Positions 51,714 to 64,000 of a DNA stretch of 64,000 bases are shown piece by piece (the first letter of the stretch is position 1; the number at the start of each line of letters is the position of its first letter). The notes below the pieces were generated by a model, which had not been told where the DNA came from, did no database searches, and saw only the letters and a program-made list of their open reading frames with translations. The translations under genes and the position numbers were made by a program. The DNA comes from an uncultured Actinomycetes bacterium (GTDB lineage Bacteria; Actinomycetota; Acidimicrobiia; Spongiisociales; DATADW01). The stretch spans positions 13,094 through 77,093 of the forward strand of contig CAWGRK010000001.1 of the NCBI GenBank assembly GCA_963824995.1, read 5' to 3'.

Positions 51714-54007
51714 CTATCCGGCGGGAGCCTCCACCCGCTGCTTTGCGGTGGGCGTCGATCATTGCGATGGCGGTGAGGTTGACCACGTCGCCAACGTCGG
51801 CGTCGAGTTGGAGTATGTGGACCGAGCGCGCCAGACCGGTGAGGATCGGCCCGATCACCTCGGCGTCGCCCAGCCGGTTGAGCAGCTTGTAGGAGGCGTT
51901 CGCCGCGGTGAGGTTGGGGAAGACCAGCACATTGGCCGACCTGCCGCCCAACCGGCTGCCTGGTTTGCGCCTCTCCAGCAGTTCGGAGACCACGGCGGTG
52001 TCGGCGTGCATCTCCCCCTCGACCGCCAGTCGAGGGTCAAGGTCGGCGCAGAGTTCGACGGCCGCGGCGCACCCGGTCGGGCTCCTCGCCGGCGGCGCTG
52101 CCGAAGTTGGAGTAGCTGATGAAGCCCACCCTCGGGTTGACATCGAATTGGTCCCTGGCGACGGCGGCGGTGGAAACGGCTATTTCCGCCAGTTGCTCGG
52201 CCGAGGGCTCGATGTTGACCGCGCAGTCGGCGAAGAAATAGGGACGTCCCGAGACGACGACCACGTAGATGGCGGCGGCGATCGACCTGCCCTGTTCCAG
52301 CTTGATCAACTGGAGCGCCGGGCGGACCGTGTCCGGGTAAGGGGTGGTGAGCCCACCGAGCACGGCGTCGGCGTCACCCTTGGCGGACCATCATCACCGC
52401 GAAGAGGTTCGGGTCGAGCAGGTCCTTGTCGGCCCGTTCCACCGTCATCCCCTTGTGCGCCCGCAGCTCGGCCATGGTGGCGGCATAACGGGCCCGCAGA
52501 TCGGTCTCCGCTGACGGGTCGAGAACCCTGACGCCGTCGAGAGGGATGTGGTAGCCGACCGCGGCCCGCTCCACCGAATCGGCCGCCCCCACCAGGATCG
52601 GCGAACCGAGACCCTCGTCGACCACCCGCCGCGCCGCCCGGATGATCCGCACGTCGTCGCCCGCCGAGTAGGCGACGGTCATCGCTCTCTCCCGTGCCTT
52701 GACGGTGACGTTGTGGATCAGCCCGTAGGAGGCCTGGAAACGCCGCCGCAACTGCTCGCCGTACTCCTCGGCGTCCTGCAATGGGCGCCGAGCCACCCCC
52801 TCGGCGGTTGCCGCCTCGGCCACCGCCGGAGCCACCCACCACAGCACCCGGGGGTCGAACGGCTTGGGGATGAGATAGTCGGATGCCGAAGGAGAGATAG
52901 TCGAGGTCGTACGCCTTGAGCACCACGTCGGGAACGGGTTGCTTGGCCAGAAGAGCCAGGGCGTTGGCGGCAGCGATCTTCATCCCCTCGGTGACTGCCG
53001 TGGCCCGGACATCGAGTGCCCCCCGGAAGATGAACGGGAACCCGAGCACGTTGTTCACCTGGTTGGGGAAGTCGCTGCGCCCCGTGGCAACCAAGGCGTC
53101 GGGCCGGACCCGGCGCGCCTCGTCGTACCCGATCTCGGGGTCGGGGTTCGCCAGGGCGAAGATGATGGGAGTTGGGCGCCATGGTTTCCAGCATCTCACC
53201 GCTGACGGTCCCACCGACCGAGACGCCGACGAAGGCGTCTGCGTCCACCAGGGCGTCGGCCAGTGTCCGCCTATCGGTGGCGCGGGAGAACTCGGCCTTG
53301 ATCGGTGTCAGGTCGTCTCGCCCGTCGTGGATGACACCGCGGGAGTCGCACAACAGCATGTTCTCCGGCTGCACACCGAGATGACGGAAGAAGCGGGCGC
53401 AGGCGATCCCGGCGGCCCCGGCGCCGCTGAACACCACGCGTGTCTCCTCGATCCGTCTGTCCGAGATCTCGAGTGCGTTGAGGAAGGCGGCGGCACCGAT
53501 GATCGCCGTGCCGTGCTGGTCGTCGTGGAAGACGGGGATCTGCAGGCTCTGGCGGAGGGTCTCCTCGACCACGAAACAGTCGGGGGCCTTGATGTCCTCC
53601 AGGTTTATCCCGCCGACCGTCGGCTCCAGCAAGCGGCAGAACTTGATGATGTCCTCGGGATCGTGGCTTGCCACCTCGAGGTCGAAGACGTCGATGTCGG
53701 CGAACCGCTTGAAGAGGACGGCCTTCCCTTCCATCACCGGCTTCCCGGCGAGTGGCCCGATGTCGCCCAGTCCGAGCACGGCCGATCCGTTGGTTACCAC
53801 TGCCACCAGGTTGCCCTTGTTGGTGTAGCGGAATGCGTCGTCGGGGTCGGCGGCAATGGCGAGGCAGGGCTCTGCGACGCCGGGGGTGTATGCCAGGCTG
53901 AGGTCCTGCTGGGTGGCGGTCGGCTTGGTGGGCCGGATCTCCAGCTTTCCGGGCCGGCCCCGCTCGTGATAGTCGAGCGCTTCGCTGAAACGGCGTCCCT
54001 GGGTCAT
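51714..54007 (-). CDS. maeB: NADP-dependent malic enzyme with C-terminal phosphate-acetyltransferase-like domain (MaeB type), about 4 frame switches
   Basis: Motifs: [100 protein letters not shown]. The PTA-like tail reads ...[19 protein letters not shown]...GPILTGL. Confidence 0.85.
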
Positions 54008-54101
54008 TTGTCCTGACTCGGCTTGGAGCCAACAGTAGACCTGGGATCCCGACAGACCGTGCCGCGGCTCATCTCGGGGATATCCCCCATACCGACCGGG
54101 G

Positions 54102-55535
54102 GTGGATCCGTGGCATTATCGAGGCCCTTCCCACAGGAGATCCGATGGCCACCGGCACCCTCCAAGCGACCGCAGTCGACCCTCGCTGCGACCGGTCACC
54201 ACCCGTCGCCAGGACACCATCACGGTCCTCTTGGCGCTGTGGCTGATGATCGGGCTCTTCGTCGACGGATGGGCGCACAACAACCTCGACCAGCTCGAGA
54301 CGTTCTTCACACCGTGGCACGCCCTCTTCTATTCCGGTTTCGCCGCCACCGCGCTCTGGATCGCCACGCTGGTAGCTCGACAGCGGTCTGCGGGGCGCCC
54401 CTGGCGCGACGCGATGCCCGCGCGGTTACGAAGCAGCGGTGATCGGGGTGATCGTCTTCGGCATCGGGGGCGTGGGTGACTGGTTGTGGCACACCATCTT
54501 CGGGATCGAAGTGAGCATCGATGCCCTGCTGAGCCCCACCCACCTCATCCTCCTCACCGGGATGCTCCTCATCTTCTCCGGACCGCTCCGCTCGGCCTGG
54601 GCCGATCCGGTCGAGCCGGAAGGGCTGCGCTCCTTCGTGGCGCCGCTCCTGGCAGTGACCCTCTCGGCGTCGCTGCTCACCTTCTTCTTCATGTACGCAT
54701 CCGGCCTCAACTCACCGACCTGCCGGGGATCCGCTGGTTCCCGGAGAGCAATTCCAACGAGGAATGGGTCATCCTCGGGGTGCTGGAAATCATGTGGACC
54801 ACCCTGCTGCTGGTGGGGCCGATGGTGTTCCTCATGCGACGTTGGAGGCCGCCATTTGGCAGTTTCACGCTGATGTTCGCCGTCGTCGGGGGGCTGATGG
54901 CTTCGATCTTCGCCTTCGAGGCTCCACTCGACCTCATCCCACCTGTGATTGCCGGGCTGGCCGCCGACGTCATCGTCCGAGTGACGCGGGCCGGGCCGGC
55001 CCATCCGACAGGAGTGCGCTGGACCGCCGCCATGACCCCTGTGGTGCTGTGGTCGGTCCGCTTCGCCGGCTTCGAGGCCATTGGGGGAGTTGGCTGGCCA
55101 GGGGAGGTCTGGTCGGGGACGATCGTCTTCGCCGCCCTGCTGGGGCTCGGGCTCGCCCTTCTCGCCTTCCCGCCTCGAATTCCCGGCTTCGTCGCCGCAC
55201 GACGTGGAGGATGCAAAACTGGAGGGGTGACCTCCGGTAACGGACGCCGCCCCATCGACGCCGACGGCTATCAGATCCTGCCCGGATGGAGGGTGGGTCA
55301 TGTCGCCGAGGAGTCGCCCACCAAGTCGGGGCTGTTGGTCCCCGCCGGGACCGAGTCGTCGCACGACGCCCTGGCGCTGGTGGACGTAGACACCGGGCAG
55401 CGGTTCTGGGCGGTGCCGACCGGAGCCTGGCGGTTTCTCTGGCCACCCAACGGGCGGGTGGTGGTGGCGGTGCGCGAATCGCAGATAATCGCCCAGGAGC
55501 AGCCGCCCGAATCGGCCGAGGGTCAATACCTTTAG
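54102..55535 (+). CDS. Polytopic membrane protein of unknown function (2 frame switches; start uncertain)
   Basis: The fragments 54102-54479, 54439-54873 and 54486-55535 are colinear, with 8 or more hydrophobic segments ([54 protein letters not shown], and others) and a soluble about 100-aa tail. Confidence 0.5.
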
Positions 55536-55710
55536 GGCTCAGTCCCCGGAACGCCGGCGCAACAACACGACAGGGTTCTCGCTGACCACTTCGAATTCGG
55601 GATCGGCGCGCAGCTCGTCGAGGGTCGGGCGATATCCGACGAGCACCCCAGGCACCGAGGGCCGGAACAAAGTCTCCGCACTAGGAGCCGCCGGGCGATA
55701 CCGTTCCCGT

Positions 55711-57111
55711 ATGGCTTCAGGCAACGCCCGCCAGGGCCGCCGTCTCACCGCGACCGTCACCGACGTCGAGGTAGTCCACCAGCGCGCTCTTCTCGTCGGC
55801 GTCGCACTTGGGAGCGCCGATACCGAGGAGGCCGAGGCTTCGCTCGAGGAACTGGCGCGGCTCACCGAGACATCGGGTTCCGACCCGGTCGACGTCGTTC
55901 TGGTGAAGCGCGATGCTCCCGATCCGGCGACGTTCGTCGGCAAGGGAAAGGTTGACGAGTTGGCGGCCATCTCCAAGGGGCTCGACATCGACGTGGTCGT
56001 CTTCGACAACAGCCTCTCCCCTGCACAGCAGCGCAACCTGCAGCGCGCCTTCGACTGCGACGTCGTCGACCGCCAAGCGGTGATCCTCGACATATTCGCC
56101 CAGCACGCCACCACCCGGGAAGGCATGGCACAGGTCGAGATGGCACTGCTCCAGTACCTGCTCCCCCGGCTGCGCGGCAGGGGCAAAGAACTCAGCCAGC
56201 AGGGGTTCGGCGTGCTCGCCCGTGGGCCCGGCGAGACCAAGTTGGAGACCGATCGGCGGCGGATCGTCGCCCGGATAGCCCGTCTCAGGGAAGACCTGAC
56301 GGCGATGGCCAGGACCAGAGACACCCAGCGCAAGGCGCGCAAACGCACCGACCTTCCACAGGTTGCGCTGGTGGGGTACACCAATGCCGGCAAGTCGACC
56401 CTGCTCAACCGGCTGACCGATGCAGGTGTGCTCACCGAGGACCGGCTGTTCTCCACCCTCGACTCGACGGTCCGCCGCCACGATCTCGAGGATGGGCCGA
56501 CCGTGCTGCTGGCCGACACGGTGGGATTCGTGCGGCGCCTCCCCCACGATCTGGTCGAGGCGTTCCGCTCCACGCTGGCCGAAGTGAGCGGCGCCGACCT
56601 GCTGCTCCACGTGGTGGACGGATCGGATCACGATGCCGAAACCGAGCTTGCGACGGTGCGTCAGGTGCTCGACGAGATCGGCGCCGGCGAGATCCCCGAG
56701 TTGATCGTGATAAACAAGGCGGATGTCGCCACACCGGGCCAGTTGCAGCGGATGCGGAGCCTCCACCCCGAGGCGGTGGTCATCTCGGCGGTTACCGGCG
56801 AGGGCACGAGCCAACTCGAGGCGGCGATCACAAAGGCGCTCGCCGACCGCTCCGACGAGGTCGAGTTGCGCATCCCATACGATCGCGGCGACGTGCTCGC
56901 CTCGGTCCACCGGGTGGGCGAGGTTCTGGTCGAGGAGCACGAGGGCGACGGGACCAAGGTCCGTGCCCGCCTCCCACGCAGCATCGCTCCCCAATACGAT
57001 CGGTATCAGGTGTGGTCAGCTGAACGAAGCGGTCCCCGCGGCAGCCAGCGCTGCACCCACTATCCCGGCCTCGTTGCGCAACCCGGCAGCGACCACCTCG
57101 GTCCCCGGTGA
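55711..57111 (+). CDS. hflX: GTPase HflX (C-terminal about 30 codons overlap the convergent ppgK and are probably out of frame)
   Basis: Motifs: VILDIFAQHATTREGMAQVEMALLQYLLPRL, GPGETKLETDRR, G1 motif VALVGYTNAGKSTLLN, DTVGF, and NKAD. Confidence 0.85.
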   Translation: MASGNARQGRRLTATVTDVEVVHQRALLVGVALGSADTEEAEASLEELARLTETSGSDPVDVVLVKRDAPDPATFVGKGKVDELAAISKGLDIDVVVFDNSLSPAQQRNLQRAFDCDVVDRQAVILDIFAQHATTREGMAQVEMALLQYLLPRLRGRGKELSQQGFGVLARGPGETKLETDRRRIVARIARLREDLTAMARTRDTQRKARKRTDLPQVALVGYTNAGKSTLLNRLTDAGVLTEDRLFSTLDSTVRRHDLEDGPTVLLADTVGFVRRLPHDLVEAFRSTLAEVSGADLLLHVVDGSDHDAETELATVRQVLDEIGAGEIPELIVINKADVATPGQLQRMRSLHPEAVVISAVTGEGTSQLEAAITKALADRSDEVELRIPYDRGDVLASVHRVGEVLVEEHEGDGTKVRARLPRSIAPQYDRYQVWSAERSGPRGSQRCTHYPGLVAQPGSDHLGPR

Positions 57112-57761
57112 CGAGCCACTCGGAGAACTCGTCGTAGCGACGGCTCACCCCGCCCCCGATGACGATCAGATCCGGCCCGAAAAGCCCGTTGAGATAGCTC
57201 AAGAAGCGGTCCACCCGCCGCGCCCACCGTTTCATGGTGAGTGCCCTCCGCCTCGCGCACCCGGGCGGCGCAGTAGTGCTCGGCGTCCATCCCCTTGAAC
57301 TCGATGTGCCCGAACTCGGTGTTCGGCATGAGGTGGCCCTCGACGAACACGGCGCTCCCGATCCCGGTGCCAAAGGTGAGGACGAACACCACACCCTCGC
57401 GCCCGGCGACTCCGAAACGGAACTCGGCGATCCCGGCGGCGTCGGCATCGTTGAGCAGGACGACGGAGCGGCCGATGGCTTCGGCGAACAGCTCGCCGCC
57501 GTGCACACCGACCCAACCGGCGTCGACGTTGGCCGCCGAGAGAACCGTCCCCTTCCGCACCACACCAGGGAAGGTGCACCCCACCGGACCGTCCCATGAG
57601 AAGAAGTCGACCAGTTCTGCCACCACGCCCGCCATCGCCTCGGGCGATGCCGGTTGAGGAGTGAGGATCTTGCGCCGCTCCGTGGTGAGTGCACCCTGGT
57701 CGACGTCGACGACCGCTCCCTTGATCCCAGATCCTCCGATGTCGATCCCGAGGACTTCCAC
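57016..57761 (-). CDS. ppgK: Polyphosphate/ATP glucokinase, ROK family (2 frame switches)
   Basis: Motifs: MEVLGIDIGGSGIKGAVVD, VVLLNDADAAGIAE, LTFGTGIGSAVF..G.LMPNTEFGH, ...DLIVIGGGVS. The corrected C-terminus is ...AGLRNEAGIVGAALAAAGTASFS*. Confidence 0.8.
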
Positions 57762-57824
57762 TGTCCACTCAGGCTACCCACCACCTTCTGGGTACCCTCG
57801 GTCGGGTCGAGGATCGAGGAGCAC

Positions 57825-59279
57825 ATGGCCGAGAACGCCGACATCGGGGTGGTCGGGCTGGCGGTGATGGGTCAGAACCTGGCCCTCAACATGAGCGACC
57901 ACGGTGCGGTCGTCGCAGTCTTCAACCGCACGACATCGAAGGTGGACGATTTCCTCGCCGGGCCTGCAGCCGGCACCACGATCGTCGGGACCCACGACCT
58001 CGTCGAGATGGTGGGATCGCTCCGCCGGCCGCGCCGGGTGATGCTGATGATCCAGGCAGGACCGCCCGTCGACGACGTGCTCGCCCAACTCGGCCCATTG
58101 CTGGAGCCGGGGGACATCGTCATCGATGGCGGCAATTCGCTCTATACCGACACGGCGCGGCGCACCGCTCTGATGGAGGAACAGGGGATCTCATTTGTGG
58201 GGGCGGGGATCTCCGGAGGCGAGGAGGGCGCCCGACACGGTCCGTCGATCATGCCGGGTGGGTCGGCGGAGGCATGGCCCCATATCCGGCAGTTGTTCCA
58301 ATCGATCGCCGCCAAGGTGGAGGACGGGACACCGTGCTGTGACTGGATCGGTCCCGGCGGGTCGGGGCATTACGTCAAGATGGTCCACAACGGGATCGAG
58401 TACGGCGACATGCAGGTGATCGCCGAGGCGTACCTCCTGATGCGTGATGGGCTGGCGATGAGCCCCGCCGAGATGTCCGAGGCGTTCCGCACCTGGGGCG
58501 ATGGCAGGCTCGACTCGTTCCTCATCGACATCACCGCCGACATCCTCGCCTTCGAAACTCCGGAGGGAACCCCGCTCCTCGACCAGATCCTCGATGCCGC
58601 CGGCCAGAAAGGCACGGGACGCTGGGCGGTCGCCTCGGCTCTCGAACAGTCGATCCCGACCACTCTCATCGCCGAGGCGGTGTTCGCCAGGATGGTCTCG
58701 GCGCTGCACGCCGAGCGCGCCGCCGCCGCCGCCATCCTCGCCGGCCCCGAATCGGTCCCGGTGGTCGACAGGGGCCCGATGCTCGACGCCCTGGAGGACG
58801 CGCTGTACGCCTCGAAGATCGTCTCCTACGCCCAAGGGTTCATGCAGTTGCGGGCTGCGTCGGACCACTACGGATGGGACCTCGACCTGGGTCGGATCGC
58901 ATCGCTGTGGAGGGAGGGGTGCATCATCCGAGCCGTGTTCCTCGACGACATCACCGCCGCCTTCGACCGCGACCCGAAGCTCCCCAATCTCCTGCTCGAT
59001 CCCTTCTTCAGTGAGGCTCTGGCGACCGCCCAGGACGGATGGCGCCGCGCGCTCGGGTTCGCCGTCACGGCCGGGATCGCGGTGCCGGCCTACGCAACCG
59101 CCCTCGCCTTCTACGACGGCTACCGGGCGGAGCGCGGCGCCGCCAACCTGATCCAAGCGCAGCGCGACTACTTCGGCGCCCACACCTACGAGCGGATCGA
59201 CACCGCCCGGGGCGAGTTCTTCCACACGAATTGGACCGGCCACGGCGGCGAGATCACCGCCGGCAGCTACCAAGGCTGA
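57825..59279 (+). CDS. gnd: 6-phosphogluconate dehydrogenase, NADP-dependent, decarboxylating
   Basis: Uninterrupted ORF. Motifs: IGVVGLAVMGQNLALN, IDGGNS.Y.DT, GISGGEEGARHGPSIMPGG, GHYVKMVHNGIEYGDMQ, QAQRDYFGAHTYERID. Confidence 0.9.
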   Translation: MAENADIGVVGLAVMGQNLALNMSDHGAVVAVFNRTTSKVDDFLAGPAAGTTIVGTHDLVEMVGSLRRPRRVMLMIQAGPPVDDVLAQLGPLLEPGDIVIDGGNSLYTDTARRTALMEEQGISFVGAGISGGEEGARHGPSIMPGGSAEAWPHIRQLFQSIAAKVEDGTPCCDWIGPGGSGHYVKMVHNGIEYGDMQVIAEAYLLMRDGLAMSPAEMSEAFRTWGDGRLDSFLIDITADILAFETPEGTPLLDQILDAAGQKGTGRWAVASALEQSIPTTLIAEAVFARMVSALHAERAAAAAILAGPESVPVVDRGPMLDALEDALYASKIVSYAQGFMQLRAASDHYGWDLDLGRIASLWREGCIIRAVFLDDITAAFDRDPKLPNLLLDPFFSEALATAQDGWRRALGFAVTAGIAVPAYATALAFYDGYRAERGAANLIQAQRDYFGAHTYERIDTARGEFFHTNWTGHGGEITAGSYQG

Positions 59280-59318
59280 CCAGCAAGCCGCCAAAACCGG
59301 CAACCCAGGGTTGCGAGT

Positions 59319-60490
<1,172 letters not shown>

Positions 60491-60580
60491 TGCTCTGATC
60501 GTATCGACGAAGACCGATGCCCAATGCCCGACTCCGCAGACCCGATACCATCGCGGGTCTCTGAGGAGAGGACACCACCA

Positions 60581-63140
60581 ATGACAGATGAATACCGACT
60601 GCCGCGCACCGTGGTGCCGTACCGCTACCAGTTGCGGCTCGAGCCCGACCTGGCGACGGCCACCTTTGCCGGGTCGGAGACGATCAAGGTCGATGTCGTC
60701 GAAGCCGTCGATCGCTTCGTAATCAACGCAATTGACCTCGAGCTCACATCGGTCTCGCTGCGTACGGGAGCGAGACCGTGTCCGCCGAAGTGGAATTGGA
60801 CGAGAAGGCGCAGCGCGCCACGTTGCGGTTTCCCCGCACCATCGCCCCGGGGCAAGGCAGAACTCGATATCGAGTTCTGCGGCGTACTCAACGATCGGTT
60901 GCACGGCTTCTACCGCTCGACTTTCACCGACGTGGACGGTGTCGAGCAGACCGTCGCCACCACTCAGTTCGAGGCGACCGACGCCCGCCGCGCCTTTCCC
61001 TGCTGGGACGAGCCCGACTTCAAGGCTTCGTTCCAGGTGACGATGGTCGTGCCCAACGACCTGTTCGTGGTGTCGAACACGACTGGAAGAGTCCCGCACG
61101 GAAATCGGCGACAAGGTCGAGGTGAAGTTCGCCGAGACGATGGTCATGTCCACCTACCTGGTGGCGTTCGTGGTCGGTCCTTTCGAGGCAACCGAACCGA
61201 TCGACGTCGACGGAACGCCCGGTGCGGATCGTCATTCCGAAGGGAAAGCTCCACCTGGCGCCATACGCTCTGGAGTGCGCCATCTTCTGTCTCCGCTACC
61301 TGCGCGATTACTACGACATCCCGTATCCGGGCGACAAGGTCGATCACATCGCCATACCGGACTTCGCCTTCGGGGCGATGGAGAACCTCGGCTGTATCAC
61401 CTATCGCGAGGCAGCACTTCTTCTCGATGCCGACCGAGCGACGCAGGCGGAGAAGATCCGCATCCTCGATGTCGTGGGCCACGAGTTGGCCCACATGTGG
61501 TTCGGCGATCTGGTGACCATGAAGTGGTGGGACGGCATCTGGCTGAACGAGGCGTTCGCCACCTTCATGGAGATGAAGGCAACCGACGCTATGCGGCCGG
61601 ATTGGAAGCGGTGGCTCACATTCGGCGCGGTCGACCGACCCTGGGCTCTCGAAATCGATCAATTGTCCACGACGCGTCCCGTCGAGTTCGAGGTGCACTC
61701 ACCGGACGAAGCGAGCGAGATGTTCGATGCCCTGACCTACGGCAAGGGTTCATCGGTGCTGCGGATGATCGAGCAGTTCATTGGTGAAGACGCCTTCCAA
61801 AGTGGCGTGGGGGAATACCTGAGGGCTCACGCCTACGGAAACACGGTGACCGCGGACCTCTGGGCGGGTCTCGACGGTGCCAGCGAGTGGCCGGTGGGCG
61901 ACATCATGGACACCTGGATCCTCCAACCGGGCTATCCGCAGATCGAAGTCGATGCGACCGAGTCGGCGGTGAGGCTGCGTCAGCGCCGCTTCTTCGCGAT
62001 TCCCGATGACTCCGACACGTCAATGTGGAAGGTCCCGGTGCAGATCAGGGGTATGGCCGGCGGTGAGGGTTTCGAGCGGAAGGTGCTTCTCGACGATGTC
62101 GAGACGACAGATCGATCTTCCCGGCCAGGTCGAATGGGTGGTCGCCAACGCCGGTGGCCACGGTTTTTACAGGGTGAGCTACGCGCCCGACCTCTTCGAT
62201 GCGCTTGTCGCCGGACTCGCGGAGATGAAGGACCTGGAAAGGTACGTTCTTCTCGACGATGCGAATGCCTTCGTCCTCTCCGGCCAGCTCGATGCCCCTT
62301 CGGTCCTCCGGTTGCTGGAGGCGTACGGCGACGAGACGGAACAGGCGATCTGGCAGTTGGTATTGCGTGTGCTCGCCTCCACCGAGCATCACGTCATCCC
62401 GGACGAGCACCTCGACCGGTTCCATCGGCTGGTCCAGCGGCTCTTGTCTCCCACTGCTGAGCAACTGGGTTGGGAGCCCAGGCCCGACGAGTCCGATCTC
62501 ACCCGACGCCTGCGTGGTCAGATGCTCCTGGCGCTCGGGGGCCGGCTCGGACGGCACGAGGGGTTCACCGAGCAGGGCGTGGCCATCGCCGAGAAGGTGA
62601 TGGACCGCGATCCCAGCGTCGACCCCGACGTGGCGCTGGCTGCGCTGTTCATCGCTGCCGACAACGGTGACGCCGGCGACTACGAGCGGATGCTGCTCGG
62701 GTACAAGAGCGCCGAGGACCCCCAAGAGGAACGGCGCTTCCTGGAGGCCGTTTGCCGCTTCGACGACTCCGAGTTGGCGGAGCGCACGGTGGCGCACACG
62801 CTCGATGGGACGATCCGTCTCCAGGAGAGCTTCTGGGTTCTGGCGCGAATCCTCGGAGGCCGCGATTCGGGAACGAGCGCCTGGCGGGCGATCCGCTCGA
62901 GGTGGGACGACATCCTGACTGCGAGTCCCGCAGAGGCTCGTGGCCCGGATTCTCGATGGAATCCCACGCTCTCCCACCCGGAGAGTAGCGCGCGACGTCG
63001 AGTCGTTCTTCGCCGAGGCCGAGGTCCCAGAAGGAGCCAAGACGGTGCCGCAACGCATCGAGTTGCTCCGTGCCAACGTCGGGTTGAGAGAGCGGGAGAC
63101 CGAGAGGGTCGCTAGCTACCTCGAATCGGCCCAGAACTGA
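60581..63140 (+). CDS. pepN: Aminopeptidase N (M1 family), about 6 frame switches
   Basis: Motifs: YRLPRTVVPYRY.L.L.PDL, QFEATDARRAFPCWDEP, FAFGAMENLG, zinc site HELAHMWFGDLVT...WLNEAFA, plus a C-terminal ERAP1-like helical domain. Confidence 0.85.
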
Positions 63141-63141
63141 G

Positions 63142-63163
63142 GGAGGGTCCCAAGGGACCCTCC
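63142..63163. terminator. Bidirectional stem-loop between convergent pepN and rplL
   Basis: GGAGGGTCCC-AA-GGGACCCTCC, a palindrome between stop codons at 63140 and 63166. The effective stem is about 8 bp. Confidence 0.55.
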
Positions 63164-63165
63164 AC

Positions 63166-63558
63166 TCACTTCAGTTCGATAGTCGCCCCGGCGCTCTCGA
63201 GGAGTTCCTTCGCCTTCTCGGCGGCTTCCTTGTCGACGCCTTCGAGTACCGCCTTGGGTGCGCTCTCCACCAGCTCCTTCGCCTCGCGCAGACCAAGGCT
63301 GGTCAGAGTGCGGACCTCTTTGATCACCTGGATCTTCTTGTCACCGATGGCGGAGATGACGACGTCGAACTCGTCCTTCTCCTCTTCGACGGCGGCAGCG
63401 GCTCCGTCACCACCGGCCGCCGGAGCGGCGGCCATGGCCATCGGGGCGGCAGCGGTCACTTCGAAGCGCTCCTCGAAAGCATCGAGGAAGTCCTTGAGTT
63501 CGAGAACGGTCATCTCCTCGAAGACCGACAGCAGGTCCTGGGTCGTCATCTTTGCCAT
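63166..63558 (-). CDS. rplL: 50S ribosomal protein L7/L12
   Basis: Motifs: [34 protein letters not shown], an Ala-rich hinge, then [53 protein letters not shown]. The ATG at 63558 is preferred because it lies 7 nt from the GAGGAGG RBS; the ATG at 63564 is only 1 nt away. Confidence 0.9.
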   Translation of the reverse strand: MAKMTTQDLLSVFEEMTVLELKDFLDAFEERFEVTAAAPMAMAAAPAAGGDGAAAAVEEEKDEFDVVISAIGDKKIQVIKEVRTLTSLGLREAKELVESAPKAVLEGVDKEAAEKAKELLESAGATIELK

Positions 63559-63591
63559 GTTCATGCCTCCTCGGCCGGCTCCGCCGGCGTT

Positions 63592-64000
63592 TCATCTTGT
63601 CTCGTCGGTGTCCTCTTCGACAGCTTCAGGCTCCTCCGCCACCTCGGCGGTCGCTTCAACCTCGGGTTCCGCAGCGGCCTCGGCGGTTCCTCGACTACCT
63701 CGGCGGCCGCTTCAACAGCGGCCTCAGGCTCTGCAGCGGCCTCCTCAGGTTCAGCGGCCTCAGGCTCCACAGCGACCTCGGCTCCGCAGCGGTCTCAGGT
63801 TCAGCAGCGACCTCGGCCTCGCTCATCGACTCTGCCTCGGGCTCGGGCTCCTCCACGACCTCAGCCTCGGCTTCAGGCTGCTCGCACGACCTCGTGCCTC
63901 CGCAGCTTCAGCGGCGACCTCGGGCTCTGCGACGACCTCGGCGTCTCCGGCAGCCGTCTCCGCCGCCTCGGCAGTCGCTGCCTCCGGCTTCAGCGGCGTC
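63592..64000 (-). CDS. Acidic Ala/Glu/Pro/Val-rich low-complexity C-terminal region of an upstream CDS (possibly an extended L10/rplJ by synteny; 5' part outside window; frame switches)
   Basis: The minus strand encodes (E/A/P/V)n, for example EVAVEPEAAEPEEAAAEPEAAVEAAAEVVEE. The corrected tail TAEAAAEPEVEATAEVAEEPEAVEEDTDETR* ends at 63592, 27 nt upstream of the rplL ATG at 63564. The identity of the core protein cannot be seen in the window. Confidence 0.3.

Noticed and set aside
55539-55710. A possible small minus-strand gene upstream of hflX (tail ...LVGYRPTLDELRADPEFEVVSENPVVLLRRRSGD*).
   Set aside because: There is no ATG, only a weak internal TTG, and no RBS. It is the 3' end of a long ORF that is antisense to hflX. 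It may be a remnant of a degraded gene, but this is unsupported.
63561-63770. 69-aa ORF (MEPEAAEPEE...) as an independent gene overlapping the rplL start.
   Set aside because: Its second half (PPRPLRNPRLKRPPRWRR...) is the out-of-frame reading of the same acidic repeat. Frame correction gives a continuous acidic tail ending at 63592, leaving a normal spacer and RBS before rplL.

Overview
High-GC window with an Actinomycetota-like gene set (ctaA, ppgK, ACT-type serB, Ddn-like F420 enzyme, ECF sigma plus ZAS anti-sigma); the taxon is inference only. Layout: (i) 0.7-18.1 kb is a Wzx/Wzy-type surface-glycan locus. It has an initiating phosphoglycosyl transferase, a split Alg14/Alg13 glycosyltransferase, a GT2, a Wzy-like polymerase, a Wzx flippase, a Wzz/BY-kinase-like co-polymerase with all ATPase motifs degenerate, an APH-fold kinase-like gene and three sulfotransferases. 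Secreted delta-60 beta-propeller/PKD proteins and a GH26-SLH enzyme interrupt it. (ii) 18.4-28.7 kb holds two paralogous 3-4 kb secreted multidomain genes (beta-propeller, +/- malectin, FN3, LamG-like). They are duplicated together with their 5' leader and terminator, and they flank a secreted metallophosphoesterase that contains a near-identical 894-bp internal tandem duplication. (iii) 28.7-45.8 kb and 49.7-64 kb are mostly housekeeping: HerA/YjgR-like ATPase, CBS-domain protein, RpoD-family sigma, Ddn-like enzyme, SLH-PQQ sugar dehydrogenase, ferredoxin, DUF255 thioredoxin-domain protein, ctaA, CBS/CGL transsulfuration pair, pckA, yihY, ECF sigma/anti-sigma, VOC, MarR, ankyrin, maeB, hflX, ppgK, gnd, serB, pepN, rplL. 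(iv) A tRNA-Sec gene (45912-46006) is followed by two partial direct copies of its 3' half. These bracket a cyclase-STAND-TPR gene and a methyltransferase, which looks like a decayed selC-integrated island. A dominant property of the window is pervasive reading-frame breaks: most genes over 1 kb must be read across 1 to about 18 frame switches. I cannot tell assembly indels from real pseudogenisation, so many coordinates are reconstructed full-gene spans joining several ORF-track fragments. No rRNA, CRISPR array, transposase or integrase was recognised. All family assignments come from motif recall, not searches.
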